From: Alphaproteobacteria bacterium
Lineage (GTDB): Bacteria > Pseudomonadota > Alphaproteobacteria > UBA828
Length of the DNA stretch: 64,000 nt
Assembly: GCA_963422645.2 (NCBI GenBank)
Contig: CAXXVO010000013.1
Span: 32,001 to 96,000 of the forward strand
Reading direction: 5' to 3'
Shown: positions 39,275 through 50,317 of the stretch, piece by piece
How positions within the stretch are numbered: the stretch's first letter is position 1
How the letters are laid out: each line of letters begins with the position of its first letter
Translations under genes and position numbers: made by a program
Notes under the pieces: generated by a model
The model's input: only the letters and a program-made list of their open reading frames with translations
What the model was told of the DNA's origin: nothing
The model's database searches: none

Positions 39275-40507
39275 ATGGATCGCGCGGCGTGCGAGCGCTT
39301 GGATCGGGAGTGCCCACTGGCCAGCTGCCGGGAGCGCTTCTCACTGCCCGAGGGCGTGCTCTACTTCGACGGCAACTCCCTCGGCGCCCTGCCCAGGACA
39401 ACCGCCGCCGACATCGACCGCGTCGTTCGGGAGGAATGGGGCCAGGGGCTTATCGAGAGCTGGCTCGATGCGGATTGGTTCTATCTCGCGCGTGAGGCGG
39501 GCGATGCGATCGCGCCGCTGATCGGCGCCTCGGCAGGAGAGGTCATCGTCGCGGATTCCACCTCCGTCAACCTGTTCAAGCTGGCGTCCTCCCTGCTGCG
39601 CCAGAGCGAGGGCCGGCGCACGGTCGTCACCGAGCAAGGCAACTTCCCGACGAACATCTACATTCTGGAAGGGCTCGTCGATTTGTTCGAGACGAGGTTC
39701 GACCTGGTCCTGGCGGAGCCCGGAGACATCGCCGGATCAGTCGACAATGACTCGGCGCTGGTCGTGCTCACCCACGTGAACTTCAGGACAGGTGCCATGC
39801 ACGACATGGCGGCGATTACCGCGCACTGCAGAGAGCGCGGCGTACCGGTGATCTGGGACCTCAGTCACTCCGCCGGCACCGTACCGCTCGCGCTCAACCA
39901 GTGGGATGTCGAGTACGCGATCGGCTGCACTTACAAGTTCCTGAACGGCGGCCCCGGCGCGCCCGCTTACATCTACATGGCGGAGAGCGCCATCGCGGCG
40001 TATGAGCCAGCGATGACCGGCTGGTTCAGCCACGCCAACCAGTTCGGCTTCGAGGACAGTTATCGCTCTGCGGAGGGTATCGAGAAGTGCCTTGTCGGCA
40101 CCCCGCCGATCCTCTCGCTCCGCGCCGTCATGCACGGCGTGCGCTGCTACGACGGCCTGGCGATGGACGATGTCGTCGGGAAGTCGCGAAGGCTGTCCGA
40201 ACTGCTGATCCGCCTCGTGGACGAAGGGCTCCCCGGCAAGAGCCTTGCGCTCGCGAGCCCGCGGGAGCCGGCGAAGCGCGGCAGCCAGGTGTCGTTCAGG
40301 CACGAACACGCCTATCCGGTCTCCAAGGCGCTGCGCGCCGCAAACGTTGTCGTTGATTTCCGCGACCCCGATATTCTCCGCTTCGGCATCGCGCCGCTTT
40401 ACATGCGCTACGTGGATGTGTGGGATGCGGCCGATGCGCTCGCCCGAGTCATGACCACCGAGAGCTGGAGGGCGCACATGAGCGATACGCTGGACCCGGT
40501 GACATAG
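39275..40507 (+). CDS. kynU: Kynureninase
   Basis: YFDGNSLG, DSTSVNLFK, WDLSHSAG, GCTYKFLNGGPG, RGSQVS. Confidence 0.92.
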   Translation: MDRAACERLDRECPLASCRERFSLPEGVLYFDGNSLGALPRTTAADIDRVVREEWGQGLIESWLDADWFYLAREAGDAIAPLIGASAGEVIVADSTSVNLFKLASSLLRQSEGRRTVVTEQGNFPTNIYILEGLVDLFETRFDLVLAEPGDIAGSVDNDSALVVLTHVNFRTGAMHDMAAITAHCRERGVPVIWDLSHSAGTVPLALNQWDVEYAIGCTYKFLNGGPGAPAYIYMAESAIAAYEPAMTGWFSHANQFGFEDSYRSAEGIEKCLVGTPPILSLRAVMHGVRCYDGLAMDDVVGKSRRLSELLIRLVDEGLPGKSLALASPREPAKRGSQVSFRHEHAYPVSKALRAANVVVDFRDPDILRFGIAPLYMRYVDVWDAADALARVMTTESWRAHMSDTLDPVT

Positions 40508-40519
40508 CAGGAGACCTCC

Positions 40520-41305
40520 GTGGGCTATCACGAGCGCTATATCGAGAAGGGAGCGGGCCCAACAATACTCTTCAGCCACGGCACGCTGATGGATGCGGCC
40601 ATGTTCGACCCCCAGCTCGACCATCTGGCCGAGCGCGACTACCGGGCCATCGCCTGCAACAGCCGCGTGCTCACCGGGGCGCCGGCCGCACATACGCTGG
40701 GCGATCTCGTGGAGGACTGCCGGGCCCTCCTGGACGATCTCGGCATCGAGAAGTGCGTTCTCGCGGGCATGTCGGTCGGCGGCTTCATGGCACTGGAATT
40801 CGCCCTCGCATATCCCGAGCGTTTGAGCGGGCTGATCCTCATCGCCGCCACCTCGAAGGGCTATTCGGCGGAGGAGCGCGAGGCATACCACCGCCAGTTC
40901 GACAAGCTGGACGTAGACGGCATGGTGCCGCGCGAATTCGCCGAGTGGGTCGCGCCCTTCTGCTTCGGCGAGACCACGCTTGCGGACAACAAGGCGCTCA
41001 TGGACCACTGGGTCGAGCGCTGGGCCACGACGGTGCCTGCGCGTGCGGTGCTCTACCAGGGCCGCTCCTGGCTCGACAAAGACGACATCACCGCCCGCCT
41101 CGCCGCCATCGAGCTGCCGGCACTGGTGGTTCACGGCGAAGAGGACGTGCCGCTCCCCATCGTCCGCGCGGCGGCGATGGCGGGCGCGCTGCCCGACGCG
41201 ACCTTCGCCCGCGTGGCGCACGCGGGCCATTCGGTCAACCTGGAGCAGCCCGCGGCCGTCAATGCGGCAATCGCCCGCTTTCTCGGGCGCCTCGATCTGT
41301 CCTGA
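40520..41305 (+). CDS. Alpha/beta hydrolase
   Basis: SHG, GMSVGG nucleophile elbow, GEED, AGH. Confidence 0.88.
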   Translation: MGYHERYIEKGAGPTILFSHGTLMDAAMFDPQLDHLAERDYRAIACNSRVLTGAPAAHTLGDLVEDCRALLDDLGIEKCVLAGMSVGGFMALEFALAYPERLSGLILIAATSKGYSAEEREAYHRQFDKLDVDGMVPREFAEWVAPFCFGETTLADNKALMDHWVERWATTVPARAVLYQGRSWLDKDDITARLAAIELPALVVHGEEDVPLPIVRAAAMAGALPDATFARVAHAGHSVNLEQPAAVNAAIARFLGRLDLS

Positions 41306-41356
41306 ACCAAGCAATTCGAACGCGACTACCGAACCACGACGAAAGGAAGACCGGCC

Positions 41357-41941
41357 ATGTCAGACTCCGCACTCCTCGTGTTGCATTTCCAGAACGGCGT
41401 CGCCCATCCCGATGGCGTGTGGGGGAAGTACCTCTTCCCCCAGGTCGAGAAGAACGGATCGGTGGGCAATGCCAAGCGGGCGCTCGATGCCGCCCGGCAG
41501 CGCGGCATGCCGATCATCTACGTGAACATCGCCTGGCGGCCGGGCTTTCCCGAGCTGCCGGATAACACCTGCGGCCTCCTCAAGGAGGCCAAGGACAACA
41601 ACGAGTGCCTGGTCGGCTCGTGGGGTGCCGACGTAATCGACGAGCTCAAGCCGGAAGGCAATGAGATCATCGTCATCAACTTCGGCTCGGACAGCTTCGA
41701 GGGAACCGACCTCGACCTGATCCTCAGGAACCGGGGGGTCAAGAACCTCTACGTCGTCGGCCAGTGCATCGAGCACGTGGTGGCGACCACGGTGAAGCGC
41801 GCCGTCAACATGGGCTACAGCGCCGCGATCCTGAAGGACTGCACGAGCGGCTTCACCGACCAGAACTACGACGCCATGGTGGAGATCATGCCGCTCTACG
41901 CCGACCTGATCACGGCAAGCGACTTCGTCGGCATGAACTGA
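41357..41941 (+). CDS. Isochorismatase-family protein with atypical active site
   Basis: Fold motifs LLVLHFQN, GSWGADVIDELKP, FEGTDLDLILR, MGY..LKDC. Confidence 0.82.
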   Translation: MSDSALLVLHFQNGVAHPDGVWGKYLFPQVEKNGSVGNAKRALDAARQRGMPIIYVNIAWRPGFPELPDNTCGLLKEAKDNNECLVGSWGADVIDELKPEGNEIIVINFGSDSFEGTDLDLILRNRGVKNLYVVGQCIEHVVATTVKRAVNMGYSAAILKDCTSGFTDQNYDAMVEIMPLYADLITASDFVGMN

Positions 41942-42056
41942 CCCGGCGCCCGGGCGGCTCCGCGCCGGGCCTCCCCAACTTGACTGTGGCGCCGGAGGCG
42001 CCGCGGCACCATATGCGTGTGCAGCAGGCAACTCTCGCGCTGGGGAGCCGAGACGC

Positions 42057-43373
42057 ATGAGGCGGTCGCGCCTGAACCAGGTGCTCAACTCCGTGGCGGA
42101 CGCTGGCCGCGAGCTGCTGCGGCGCGGTCCGCCTGCGGGCAGGCTGCGCGAGCGATCGCCGGGCGGGCTCTGCGAGGCGCTCTTGTCGACGCGGGGCGAG
42201 GCGTCAGGCACGGCGCTCGCGCGCGACGTGGCCGACGCCTATCGCGCGATGAACGCAGGGGAGAAGCACGCCTTTTTCGCGACGCTCGCGGCGGATTACG
42301 GGCCGGACCCGGCGGCGATCCATGCGGCGAGCGACCGCTACAAGGTGTCGCCCGGCTGCGACACGTTCATGGCCCTCACGGCAGCAATCGAGCCGCCCCG
42401 GCAGGAGCTCTTCCGCCGCATCAACATGGCGCCGAACGGCACCGCCACCATCGTCGCGATTCGCGAGGACCTGCTGACCCTGCTGCCCGATGACCCCTCC
42501 CTCAAGGCGGTGGATGTCGATCTCGTTCACCTGCTCACGTCCTGGTTCAATCGGGGCTTCCTCCACCTGGAGCAGATCGACTGGGAGAGCCCGGCGGCGC
42601 TCCTGCAAAAGATCATGGCCTACGAGGCCGTGCATCCCATGGCCGGGTGGGCCGACCTGAGGCGCCGCCTCGCCGACGACAGGCGCTGTTTCGCCTTCTT
42701 CCACCCCGCGCTGCCCGACGAGCCGCTGATCTTCGTGGAAGTAGCGCTGGTGCGGGGCATGGCGAGCGCCGTTCGGCCGCTGATCTCCGACCCCGGCGAA
42801 ATGCTCGATCCAGCGAAAGCCGACACGGCGATCTTTTACGCGATCAACAACTGCCGGGTCGGCCTGGTCGGCATTTCCTTCGGCAACTTTCTCATCAAGC
42901 AGGTCGTGGTCGAACTGGCCCAGGAGCTGCCGGGGCTGAAGACCTTCGCGACTCTCTCGCCCCTTCCGGGATTCCGCGCCTGGCTCGCTTCCCTTGTGGA
43001 GGAGTCGGAGGGCGCGCTCTCGGACCAGGAGGAGACCGCGATCGATCGCCTCTCGGAGTCGGACTGGCACACGAGCGAGGACGCCGAGGCAGACTTGCGG
43101 GAGCCGTTGACCCGGCTCTGCGCACGCTACCTGCTGGACGCCAAGTCGCGCGGCCGCCCGCTCGACCCCGTGGCGCGCTTCCACCTGCGGAACGGCGCCC
43201 GGCTCGAGCGGCTCAACTGGCTTGGCGATGTCTCGGAGAAAGGGCTGTCGGACTCAGCGGGGCTGCTGGTCAACTACGTCTACGATCCGAAGACGATCGA
43301 GCGCAATCACGAGAGCTACGTGAGGGAAGGCAAGATCGCCGCCTCTCCCGAGATCAAGCGCCTCGCCCAGTAG
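42057..43373 (+). CDS. Malonyl-CoA decarboxylase
   Basis: WFNRGFL, YEAVH, DRRCFAFFHP, GISFGNFLIKQV, DPVARFHLRNGA. Confidence 0.93.
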   Translation: MRRSRLNQVLNSVADAGRELLRRGPPAGRLRERSPGGLCEALLSTRGEASGTALARDVADAYRAMNAGEKHAFFATLAADYGPDPAAIHAASDRYKVSPGCDTFMALTAAIEPPRQELFRRINMAPNGTATIVAIREDLLTLLPDDPSLKAVDVDLVHLLTSWFNRGFLHLEQIDWESPAALLQKIMAYEAVHPMAGWADLRRRLADDRRCFAFFHPALPDEPLIFVEVALVRGMASAVRPLISDPGEMLDPAKADTAIFYAINNCRVGLVGISFGNFLIKQVVVELAQELPGLKTFATLSPLPGFRAWLASLVEESEGALSDQEETAIDRLSESDWHTSEDAEADLREPLTRLCARYLLDAKSRGRPLDPVARFHLRNGARLERLNWLGDVSEKGLSDSAGLLVNYVYDPKTIERNHESYVREGKIAASPEIKRLAQ

Positions 43374-43390
43374 CCGCCCGCGCGCCGGGC

Positions 43391-44371
43391 TCACACCGCC
43401 TCGATGCTCGCCTCCGCGATGAGGCGGTTGATCGCGCGGCGCTCGTCCTGCGCCTCCTCCACGGAGACGGCGCGGAAGCGGTAGACGTCCCCCGGCTTCG
43501 ATTGCGCGAGCTTCCAGAACGCCGCAGACGGCACGGTGTAGGGGTTGATGAAGCCGCCGGTGCTCGGCCCGTCGTTGACCAGAATTATGGGCGTCTGGCC
43601 GCAGAGATTGACCGCGCCCACGGGATAGCCGTGGTCGAGGATGTTGGAGGGGTCCTCGCCGTGCTCGGGGCGCTTGTCGGTCGCCCTCGCCGTGAAGCTC
43701 CAAGCCGGCCCGTCGAGCCGAAAGCCCGTGCGGTTGCTCCGCGTCTGCACGGTCCAGTCGCTTTCCAGGAACCTGCGGTGGCCAGCCTCGTCGATCCAGT
43801 CGTCGTTGGGTCCGGGCACAGCCTCCATCTGCCACACCCGCTCGCTGCCGAGCGGCGGACGGCACTCGGGGCGCACGCGCCGGCCGGGCGTGCCCCCACC
43901 CGCGTCGCCGCCGAGCGGCAGGCTCTGTTCCGCCTTGAGCGCGTAGCCGTCGAGCCCGCCGATCCCGGCCTGGTGGAAGGTCGCGCGCGAGCCCAGCACC
44001 GGCGGCGTGTCGATGCCGCCCGCGACGGCGAGATAGGCGCGGGCGCCGAGGCGCGCGAAAGCCAGTGTCAGCACCTGGCCGGCGCGGACGGCAAAACTCT
44101 CCCACATGGGCGCCGGGGCGTTGTCCAGGGTGGACTGCATGTCGGCGCCGGTGACGGCGACCACGGCATCCCGGCCGAAGCGAAGTTTCGGGCCGGTGAA
44201 CTGGCATTCGAGGCCGGCGGCGTCCGGCGGGTTGCCCACCAGCAGGTTGGCGAGGCGGAAGGACCAGTCGTCCATCGGCCCTGAGAAGGGGAATCCCTGC
44301 TCCCAGTAGCCGATCCGCCCCGGCCAGTCCTGCACCGTGGTCTCGAGACCGGGCTTGATCACCTCCAGCAT
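43391..44371 (-). CDS. AHS2/PxpC-like carboxyltransferase-family subunit
   Basis: TTVQDWPGR, GPMDD, ANLLVGN, GARAYLAVAGG, DGPSTGG. Confidence 0.85.
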   Translation of the reverse strand: MLEVIKPGLETTVQDWPGRIGYWEQGFPFSGPMDDWSFRLANLLVGNPPDAAGLECQFTGPKLRFGRDAVVAVTGADMQSTLDNAPAPMWESFAVRAGQVLTLAFARLGARAYLAVAGGIDTPPVLGSRATFHQAGIGGLDGYALKAEQSLPLGGDAGGGTPGRRVRPECRPPLGSERVWQMEAVPGPNDDWIDEAGHRRFLESDWTVQTRSNRTGFRLDGPAWSFTARATDKRPEHGEDPSNILDHGYPVGAVNLCGQTPIILVNDGPSTGGFINPYTVPSAAFWKLAQSKPGDVYRFRAVSVEEAQDERRAINRLIAEASIEAV

Positions 44372-44373
44372 GG

Positions 44374-45243
44374 CTAGAACCTGACCGTCTCGTCGATGGT
44401 GGCGAGCCACGTGTGGTAGTTGCTGATCGAGAAGCGCTGATACTCGGCCACGTTGTGGAGGTAGGTGCCGTCCTCGACCTGGGCGGCGACGTGGTCGTAC
44501 TCCTCGGCGCTGGCCGGGATGAAGCGCACGCGATCGCCGGGCCGGAAAAGCGCGAGGCTCTCCGCAAAGGCCGCGAGCCCTTGCGCGGGGTCCCAGATCG
44601 GCACTGGGGTCCGCGCGATCATTTGGTAGCCGCCCGGCGTCCGGTCCGGATAGATCGAGCAAAGCGCACCGCCGATGCCGATGGTGCCCTTGTAGGTCCA
44701 GGTGCGCGGCGGGTCGTACTTGGGCGCGGTCAGCCGGCAGCGTGGGTCGAGCGGCATCAGCGAGACCAGGCCGGGATAGAAACCCAGTGCCGCCATCCAG
44801 TAGTCGGTGCCGGAATGGACGCGGGCGAGCTGAGCCAGGTCAGCGAGGCCGTTGAGACGCGCCACCAGCTCCGGGTCGCGCTCCTTCGGCGCGATCTTCG
44901 CGCAATAGTCGTCGTAGCACGCGCGCGTCCACGGATCGAAGTAGCGGATCGGCAGGTAGAAGATCCGGCTGTCGAGCTCCAGCCCGTCGAGTGGCCCCAC
45001 AGCATGAAACAGCGCGCTCACCTCGGCCACGACATCGGCGTAGGAGATACGCTCGAAGTCGTAGCTGATCATGATCGACGTGAGTTCGGGCACGATCTCG
45101 ATGATCCCGGCGGGGCCGCTCTCGCGGATCAGCCTGGCGACGCTGTGCACGCGGAAGTTGAGATCGAAGCTCATCTCGTCGCCGAGCTCCATCTCGATGA
45201 AGCGGTCGCCGCCGGGCCTGAAGACCGGCTCCGCGAAGATCAT
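44374..45243 (-). CDS. AHS1/PxpB-like carboxyltransferase-family subunit
   Basis: GGDRF, LGFYPG, PRTWT, TPGGYQ, FRPGDRVRF. Confidence 0.82.
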   Translation of the reverse strand: MIFAEPVFRPGGDRFIEMELGDEMSFDLNFRVHSVARLIRESGPAGIIEIVPELTSIMISYDFERISYADVVAEVSALFHAVGPLDGLELDSRIFYLPIRYFDPWTRACYDDYCAKIAPKERDPELVARLNGLADLAQLARVHSGTDYWMAALGFYPGLVSLMPLDPRCRLTAPKYDPPRTWTYKGTIGIGGALCSIYPDRTPGGYQMIARTPVPIWDPAQGLAAFAESLALFRPGDRVRFIPASAEEYDHVAAQVEDGTYLHNVAEYQRFSISNYHTWLATIDETVRF

Positions 45244-45330
45244 GAATACGCCTCCCCGCCTAGCCGCACCGGCGGGCCTTGGCGCGGTTTAAACGGTCGC
45301 CGCGCGCTCCGCGATCCGGCGGAGGGCGCA

Positions 45331-46056
45331 TCACCCGGTGCGCTCTCGCCCACCATGGGTGAAGCGCCAAGCGTAGGCACCGAGCGCCATGCCGATCAAG
45401 GGGCCGACGATGTAGATCCAGTAGTGGGTGAAGTCGCCCATCGCGACATAGGGGCCGAAAGCCCGCGCGGGATTCATCGCGGCGCCTGCGACCGGGCCCA
45501 TCAGCATCACCTCGATGCCGACCACCGCGCCCACCGCGACGCCCGCAAAGGGGCCGTGCGCCCGCTTGTCGAGGCCAACGCCGGCAACCACCCACATCAG
45601 CAGGAACGAGAGGAAGAGCTCGATCAGGAACGCCGTCAGCGGCGTGATGCCGATGGCGGCATTGGGCAGGTTCGCGCCCATCGCGCCGTGATCGCCGAGT
45701 GCCCACAGCAGGCACAGTGCCGCCAGCACCGAGCCCGCGAGTTGCGCCAGCGCGTAGCCTGGGACGAGGCGCCAGTCGAGATGGCCAATCAGCGCCGCCG
45801 CAATCGAGAGCGCCGGATTGACGTGGGCGCCGGAGACGTGGCCGAAGGCATAGATGACGACCGTGATGATCAGGCCCGAGATCAGACCGGGGCCGATGAC
45901 GCCGAGCGTGCCGCCCATCTTGGCGTCCACGACCACGGCACCGGCGGCGAAGAAGACCAGCGAGAACGTGCCGATGAACTCGCAGCAGTAGCGCCGCAGG
46001 TCGCTTGGTCGCGCACCCGCTGGCAGCCGCGAGCGTGGCGTGGCTTGATCACTCAT
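45331..46056 (-). CDS. MIP/aquaporin family channel
   Basis: EFIGTF, SGAHVNPA, MNPARAFGP. Confidence 0.92.
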   Translation of the reverse strand: MSDQATPRSRLPAGARPSDLRRYCCEFIGTFSLVFFAAGAVVVDAKMGGTLGVIGPGLISGLIITVVIYAFGHVSGAHVNPALSIAAALIGHLDWRLVPGYALAQLAGSVLAALCLLWALGDHGAMGANLPNAAIGITPLTAFLIELFLSFLLMWVVAGVGLDKRAHGPFAGVAVGAVVGIEVMLMGPVAGAAMNPARAFGPYVAMGDFTHYWIYIVGPLIGMALGAYAWRFTHGGRERTG

Positions 46057-46113
46057 GGGACCGGAGAATAGCCGGCATTGCCGCCCCGCCAATCCGTCGC
46101 GGGCGGCGTGTGC

Positions 46114-48768
46114 TCAGGCGGCGTCCGCGAGCGCCTTTTCGATGGCCTTGAGGGCGTCGTCCAGACGCTCGCCCTCCGGCCCGCCGGCTTGCGCCATGTC
46201 GGCCCGGCCGCCGCCGCCCTTGCCCCCGACCGCCGCAGCGCCCGCACGTGCGAGATCGACCGCGCTCACGCGGGCGGTGAGATCGTCGGTGACGCCGACC
46301 GTGAGTGCGGCCTTGCCATCGGTCCGGCTCACCACGGCGTAGACGCCTGAGCCCATGCGCTGCTTCAGGTCGTCCACCATGGCGCGCAACTCCTTCGGCC
46401 GGGCGCCATCGAGCGAGCGGCCGACGAAGGAGACCCCGGCAATCTCCCGGGCATCTTCCGTGGCGCCGCCGCCACCGGTGTCGAGCGCGTGGCGAGTCTC
46501 CTCGAGCGTGCGTTCGAGCTTCTTGTGCTCACCCATCAGCGTGCCGATGCGCCCGGCAAGCTCGGCCGGCGGCACCTTGAGCGCCGCCGCGGCCTCCCTG
46601 AGGGCGGATTCGAGCTCGACACCGTGGCGGCGTGCCGCCTCGCCGGTAAGCGCCTCGATCCGTCTGACGCCGGCGGCGCTCGCCGATTCGCTTACGATGC
46701 GGAAGAGCCCGATATCGCCGGTGCGCTCCACGTGGGTGCCGCCGCAGAGCTCGACCGAGTAGGGTGCGTCCGAGCCATTCTCGCCATAGCCCATGGAGAC
46801 GACGCGCACCTCCTCGCCGTATTTCTCGCCGAAGAGCGCGAGCGCGCCGGCCTCGGTCGCCTCGTCCGGGCTCATCAGGCGGGTGACGAGGGGAGTGTTC
46901 CGTCGGACCAGCCGGTTGACCTCCGCCTCGATGTCTTCGAGCGCGTTGGCCGAGACCGCACCGGGGTGGCTGATGTCGAAACGCAGGCGGTCGGGCGCAA
47001 CCAGCGAACCCTTCTGCGTGACGTGATCGCCGAGGGCGCGGCGGAGCGCCGCGTGCAGCAAGTGGGTGGCCGAGTGGTTGGCGCGGAGCGCGGTGCGCCG
47101 TGCCCCGTCCACGGCGAGCACCACCGCGTCTTCCACGGCAAGCGTGCCTTCCTCGACGGTGCCGTGGTGGACATGGAGGCCGTCGGCCTCGCGGCGCGTA
47201 TCGCTCACGCGGACCCGGGCGCCATCCGCTGAGACGATCGTGCCGGTGTCGCCGACCTGCCCACCGGCCTCGGCGTAGAAGGGTGTCTGGTTGACGACCA
47301 GCGCCACCGTGTCGCCGGCCCCCGCGCGCACGGTCTCGGCCCCGTCTGCCACCAGCGCCTGGACCACGCCTTCCGCGCACTCCGTGCCGTAGCCCAGGAA
47401 CTCGGTTGCGCCGACCCGCTCGCGAATGCCGAACCAGACCGCATCGCTCGCCGAATCGCCCGAGCCCGCCCAGGCGCGGCGCGCCGCCTCGCGCTGCCGC
47501 TCCATGCAGACCTCGAAGCCCTCGCGCTCGACCGCACGCCCCTCGGCGCGGAGCGCATCCTCGGTGAGATCGAGGGGGAAGCCGTAGGTATCGTAGAGCT
47601 TGAACGCGGTCTCGCCCGGCAGCGGTGCGCCGGCGGCGAGGCCGGCGGTCGCGTCGTCCAGCAGGCGGAGGCCCCTGGCGAGGGTTTCCTTGAAGCGGGT
47701 CTCCTCCAGTTTGAGAGTCTCGGTGATGAGCGGCTCGGCAGGCGCGAGCTCGCTGAAGGCCAGGCCCATCTCGCGCACGAGCGTCGGCACCAGGCGCCAC
47801 ATCAACGGCTCGGTGCAGCCCATCAGCTGGGCGTGGCGCATGGCGCGCCGCATGATCCGCCGGAGCACGTAGCCCCGCCCCTCGTTCGACGGCATCACGC
47901 CGTCGGCAATCAGGAAGGCGCTTGCCCGCAGATGATCGGCCACCACCCGGTGGGAGGCCCGGTGCGCGCCTTCCTCCGGCGCGCCGCTCAACTCCACGCT
48001 CGCGGCAATCAGGTTCCTGAACAGGTCGGTCTCGTAGTTGTCGTGCGTGCCCTGCATGATCGCGGCGATCCGCTCGAGCCCCATGCCGGTGTCGATCGAT
48101 GGTCTGGGCAGATCGATCCGCTCGTCAGGCGTGACCTGCTCGAACTGCATGAACACCAGGTTCCAGATCTCGACGAAGCGGTCGCCATCCTGATCGGCGC
48201 TGCCGGGCGGGCCGCCCGCCACGTGCGGCCCGTGATCGTAGAAGATCTCGGAGCAGGGGCCGCAGGGGCCGGTCTCGCCCATGGCCCAGAAATTGTCCGA
48301 GGTCGGGATGCGTATGACTCGTTCTTCGGGCAGCCCTGCGATCTTGCGCCAGAGCCTGTGGGCCTCGTCATCCTCGGCGAAGACCGTGACCACGAGGCGC
48401 TCTTCCGGCAGGCCGTAGTCCTTCGTGACCAGCCGCCAGGCGAGCTCGATGGCGCGCTCCTTGAAGTAGTCGCCGAACGAGAAGTTGCCCAGCATCTCAA
48501 AGAAGGTGTGGTGGCGCGCGGTGTAGCCGACGTTGTCCAGGTCGTTGTGCTTGCCGCCCGCGCGTACGCACTTCTGGGAGGTGGCGGCGCGCCGGTAAGA
48601 TCGAGTTTCGTTGCCGGTGAAGACGTTCTTGAACTGCACCATGCCGGCGTTGGTGAACATCAAGGTCGGGTCGTTGCGCGGCACGAGCGGGCTCGAGTCG
48701 ACGACCTCGTGCTCGTTGTCGGCGAAATAGTCGAGAAACTGCGCGCGAATATCGTTGACGCTCGGCAT
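46114..48768 (-). CDS. alaS: Alanine--tRNA ligase
   Basis: [50 protein letters not shown]. Confidence 0.98.
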   Translation of the reverse strand: MPSVNDIRAQFLDYFADNEHEVVDSSPLVPRNDPTLMFTNAGMVQFKNVFTGNETRSYRRAATSQKCVRAGGKHNDLDNVGYTARHHTFFEMLGNFSFGDYFKERAIELAWRLVTKDYGLPEERLVVTVFAEDDEAHRLWRKIAGLPEERVIRIPTSDNFWAMGETGPCGPCSEIFYDHGPHVAGGPPGSADQDGDRFVEIWNLVFMQFEQVTPDERIDLPRPSIDTGMGLERIAAIMQGTHDNYETDLFRNLIAASVELSGAPEEGAHRASHRVVADHLRASAFLIADGVMPSNEGRGYVLRRIMRRAMRHAQLMGCTEPLMWRLVPTLVREMGLAFSELAPAEPLITETLKLEETRFKETLARGLRLLDDATAGLAAGAPLPGETAFKLYDTYGFPLDLTEDALRAEGRAVEREGFEVCMERQREAARRAWAGSGDSASDAVWFGIRERVGATEFLGYGTECAEGVVQALVADGAETVRAGAGDTVALVVNQTPFYAEAGGQVGDTGTIVSADGARVRVSDTRREADGLHVHHGTVEEGTLAVEDAVVLAVDGARRTALRANHSATHLLHAALRRALGDHVTQKGSLVAPDRLRFDISHPGAVSANALEDIEAEVNRLVRRNTPLVTRLMSPDEATEAGALALFGEKYGEEVRVVSMGYGENGSDAPYSVELCGGTHVERTGDIGLFRIVSESASAAGVRRIEALTGEAARRHGVELESALREAAAALKVPPAELAGRIGTLMGEHKKLERTLEETRHALDTGGGGATEDAREIAGVSFVGRSLDGARPKELRAMVDDLKQRMGSGVYAVVSRTDGKAALTVGVTDDLTARVSAVDLARAGAAAVGGKGGGGRADMAQAGGPEGERLDDALKAIEKALADAA

Positions 48769-48905
48769 GGGGCGGCCCTGCACCTTTCCCGGGCAGCGGT
48801 CGGCCCGGCGCTTGGATGCCCGCTACTTAGTGCGGCTTTGGCGGCCTGTCCAGATTGGCGCGGGTCATCGCGCGTCAGCGTTCGCCCACTCCGCTCCCGA
48901 GCTCG

Positions 48906-49988
48906 CTATACGCCCTGGGCGCCGTGCTCGGGTTGAACCTCGGCAATGGGCGGCGCCTCGCCTGCGCCATCGAGACCGGCGTGCCGGCGGATAGCGCGGT
49001 TGATCGCATCCGCCGCCTCGGCATTCTCGGCGAGAAAGCGCTTGGCGTTCTCGCGGCCCTGGCCGATGCGCGTGCTGTCGTGGGAATACCAGGAGCCCGA
49101 TTTTTCGACGACGCCGGCCTTGAGCCCGTGGTCGATGAGCTCGCCGGTGCGCGAGATGCCCTCGCCGTACATGATGTCAAACTCGACCAGGCGGAAAGGC
49201 GGCGCGAGCTTGTTCTTGACCACCTTCACCCGTGTCTGGTTGCCGACGACCTCGTCCCGGTCCTTGACGGCGCCGATGCGGCGGATGTCGAGCCGCACCG
49301 ATGCATAGAACTTCAGTGCGTTGCCGCCGGTTGTGGTCTCGGGGCTGCCGTACATCACGCCGATCTTCATGCGGATCTGGTTGATGAAGACGACGCAACA
49401 GTGCGAGCGCGCGATCGAGGCGGTGAGCTTGCGCAGCGCCTGGCTCATCAGACGCGCCTGCAGCCCGACGTGGGAATCGCCCATCTCACCCTCGAGCTCG
49501 GCGCGGGGCACGAGTGCGGCGACACTGTCGATCACCACCAGGTCGATGGCGCCGGAACGGACCAGCGTATCCGTGATCTCGAGCGCCTGCTCGCCGGCAT
49601 CCGGCTGCGCAATCAAAAGCTCTTCCACATTGACGTCGAGCTTGCCGGCATAAATTGGATCGAGCGCGTGCTCGGCGTCGATGAAGGCGCAGGTGCCGCC
49701 AAGCTTCTGGGCTTCGGCGACGCAGGAGAGCGCCAGCGTCGTCTTGCCCGAGCTCTCGGGCCCGTAGATTTCGACGACCCTGCCGCGCGGCAAGCCACCG
49801 ATGCCGAGCGCCACGTCGAGCCCGATGGAGCCGGTCGGGATCGCCTCGATCTCGACCGCGGCGCCATCGCCGAGCTTCATGATCGAGCCCTTGCCGAACG
49901 CCCGCTCGATCTGGCCGAGCGCCGCGTCTAATGCCTTCTGCTTGTCCATTGAACCCTCTGACACCACGCGAAGCGCCGTATTGGCCAT
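48906..49988 (-). CDS. recA: Recombinase RecA
   Basis: [33 protein letters not shown]. Confidence 0.99.
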   Translation of the reverse strand: MANTALRVVSEGSMDKQKALDAALGQIERAFGKGSIMKLGDGAAVEIEAIPTGSIGLDVALGIGGLPRGRVVEIYGPESSGKTTLALSCVAEAQKLGGTCAFIDAEHALDPIYAGKLDVNVEELLIAQPDAGEQALEITDTLVRSGAIDLVVIDSVAALVPRAELEGEMGDSHVGLQARLMSQALRKLTASIARSHCCVVFINQIRMKIGVMYGSPETTTGGNALKFYASVRLDIRRIGAVKDRDEVVGNQTRVKVVKNKLAPPFRLVEFDIMYGEGISRTGELIDHGLKAGVVEKSGSWYSHDSTRIGQGRENAKRFLAENAEAADAINRAIRRHAGLDGAGEAPPIAEVQPEHGAQGV

Positions 49989-50047
49989 CACCGCCTCCTT
50001 ATTTCACACAGGCAAAACCGATGCAATGCGACTGCGATATTACTTAT

Positions 50048-50062
50048 GTACCCTATTTGTTC
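50048..50062 (-). promoter_or_regulatory. Alphaproteobacterial LexA (SOS) box upstream of recA
   Basis: GAAC-AAATAGG-GTAC on the minus strand, matching GAAC-N7-GTAC. Confidence 0.75.
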
Positions 50063-50135
50063 TCTACTCGCAACCCCTCATTTCATCGCCGCCCGCGCGT
50101 GGCCGCGCTATGATAGGCGCGACTTCCCGCCGAAC

Positions 50136-50212
50136 GGGCCCGTAGTTCAATTGGTTAGAACCCGCCGCTCATAACGGCGTTGTTGCAGGTTCGAGTCCTG
50201 CCGGGCCCACCA
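50136..50212 (+). tRNA. tRNA-Ile2 (anticodon CAT, lysidine-modified)
   Basis: Cloverleaf with GGGCCCG/CGGGCCC acceptor stem, CAT at 50170-50172, GGTTCGAGTCC, encoded CCA; G1-C72 excludes initiator tRNA and C4/C5 favour Ile2 over elongator Met. Confidence 0.9.
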
Positions 50213-50317
50213 GCTCCCGTCCTGCCGGTGCAATCCGCCGGGAAACCGTATATGCACCGGCCCTGACGCGCGCGGAGTGAGCGCCGGCCGACTGAGGGAT
50301 TTGAACGAGAGGCAACG

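Noticed and set aside
50136-50212. tRNA as an island integration site, or as tRNA-Met
   Set aside because: Flanked by core genes recA and gor, with no integrase or 3' duplication noticed; acceptor stem fits Ile2 better than Met
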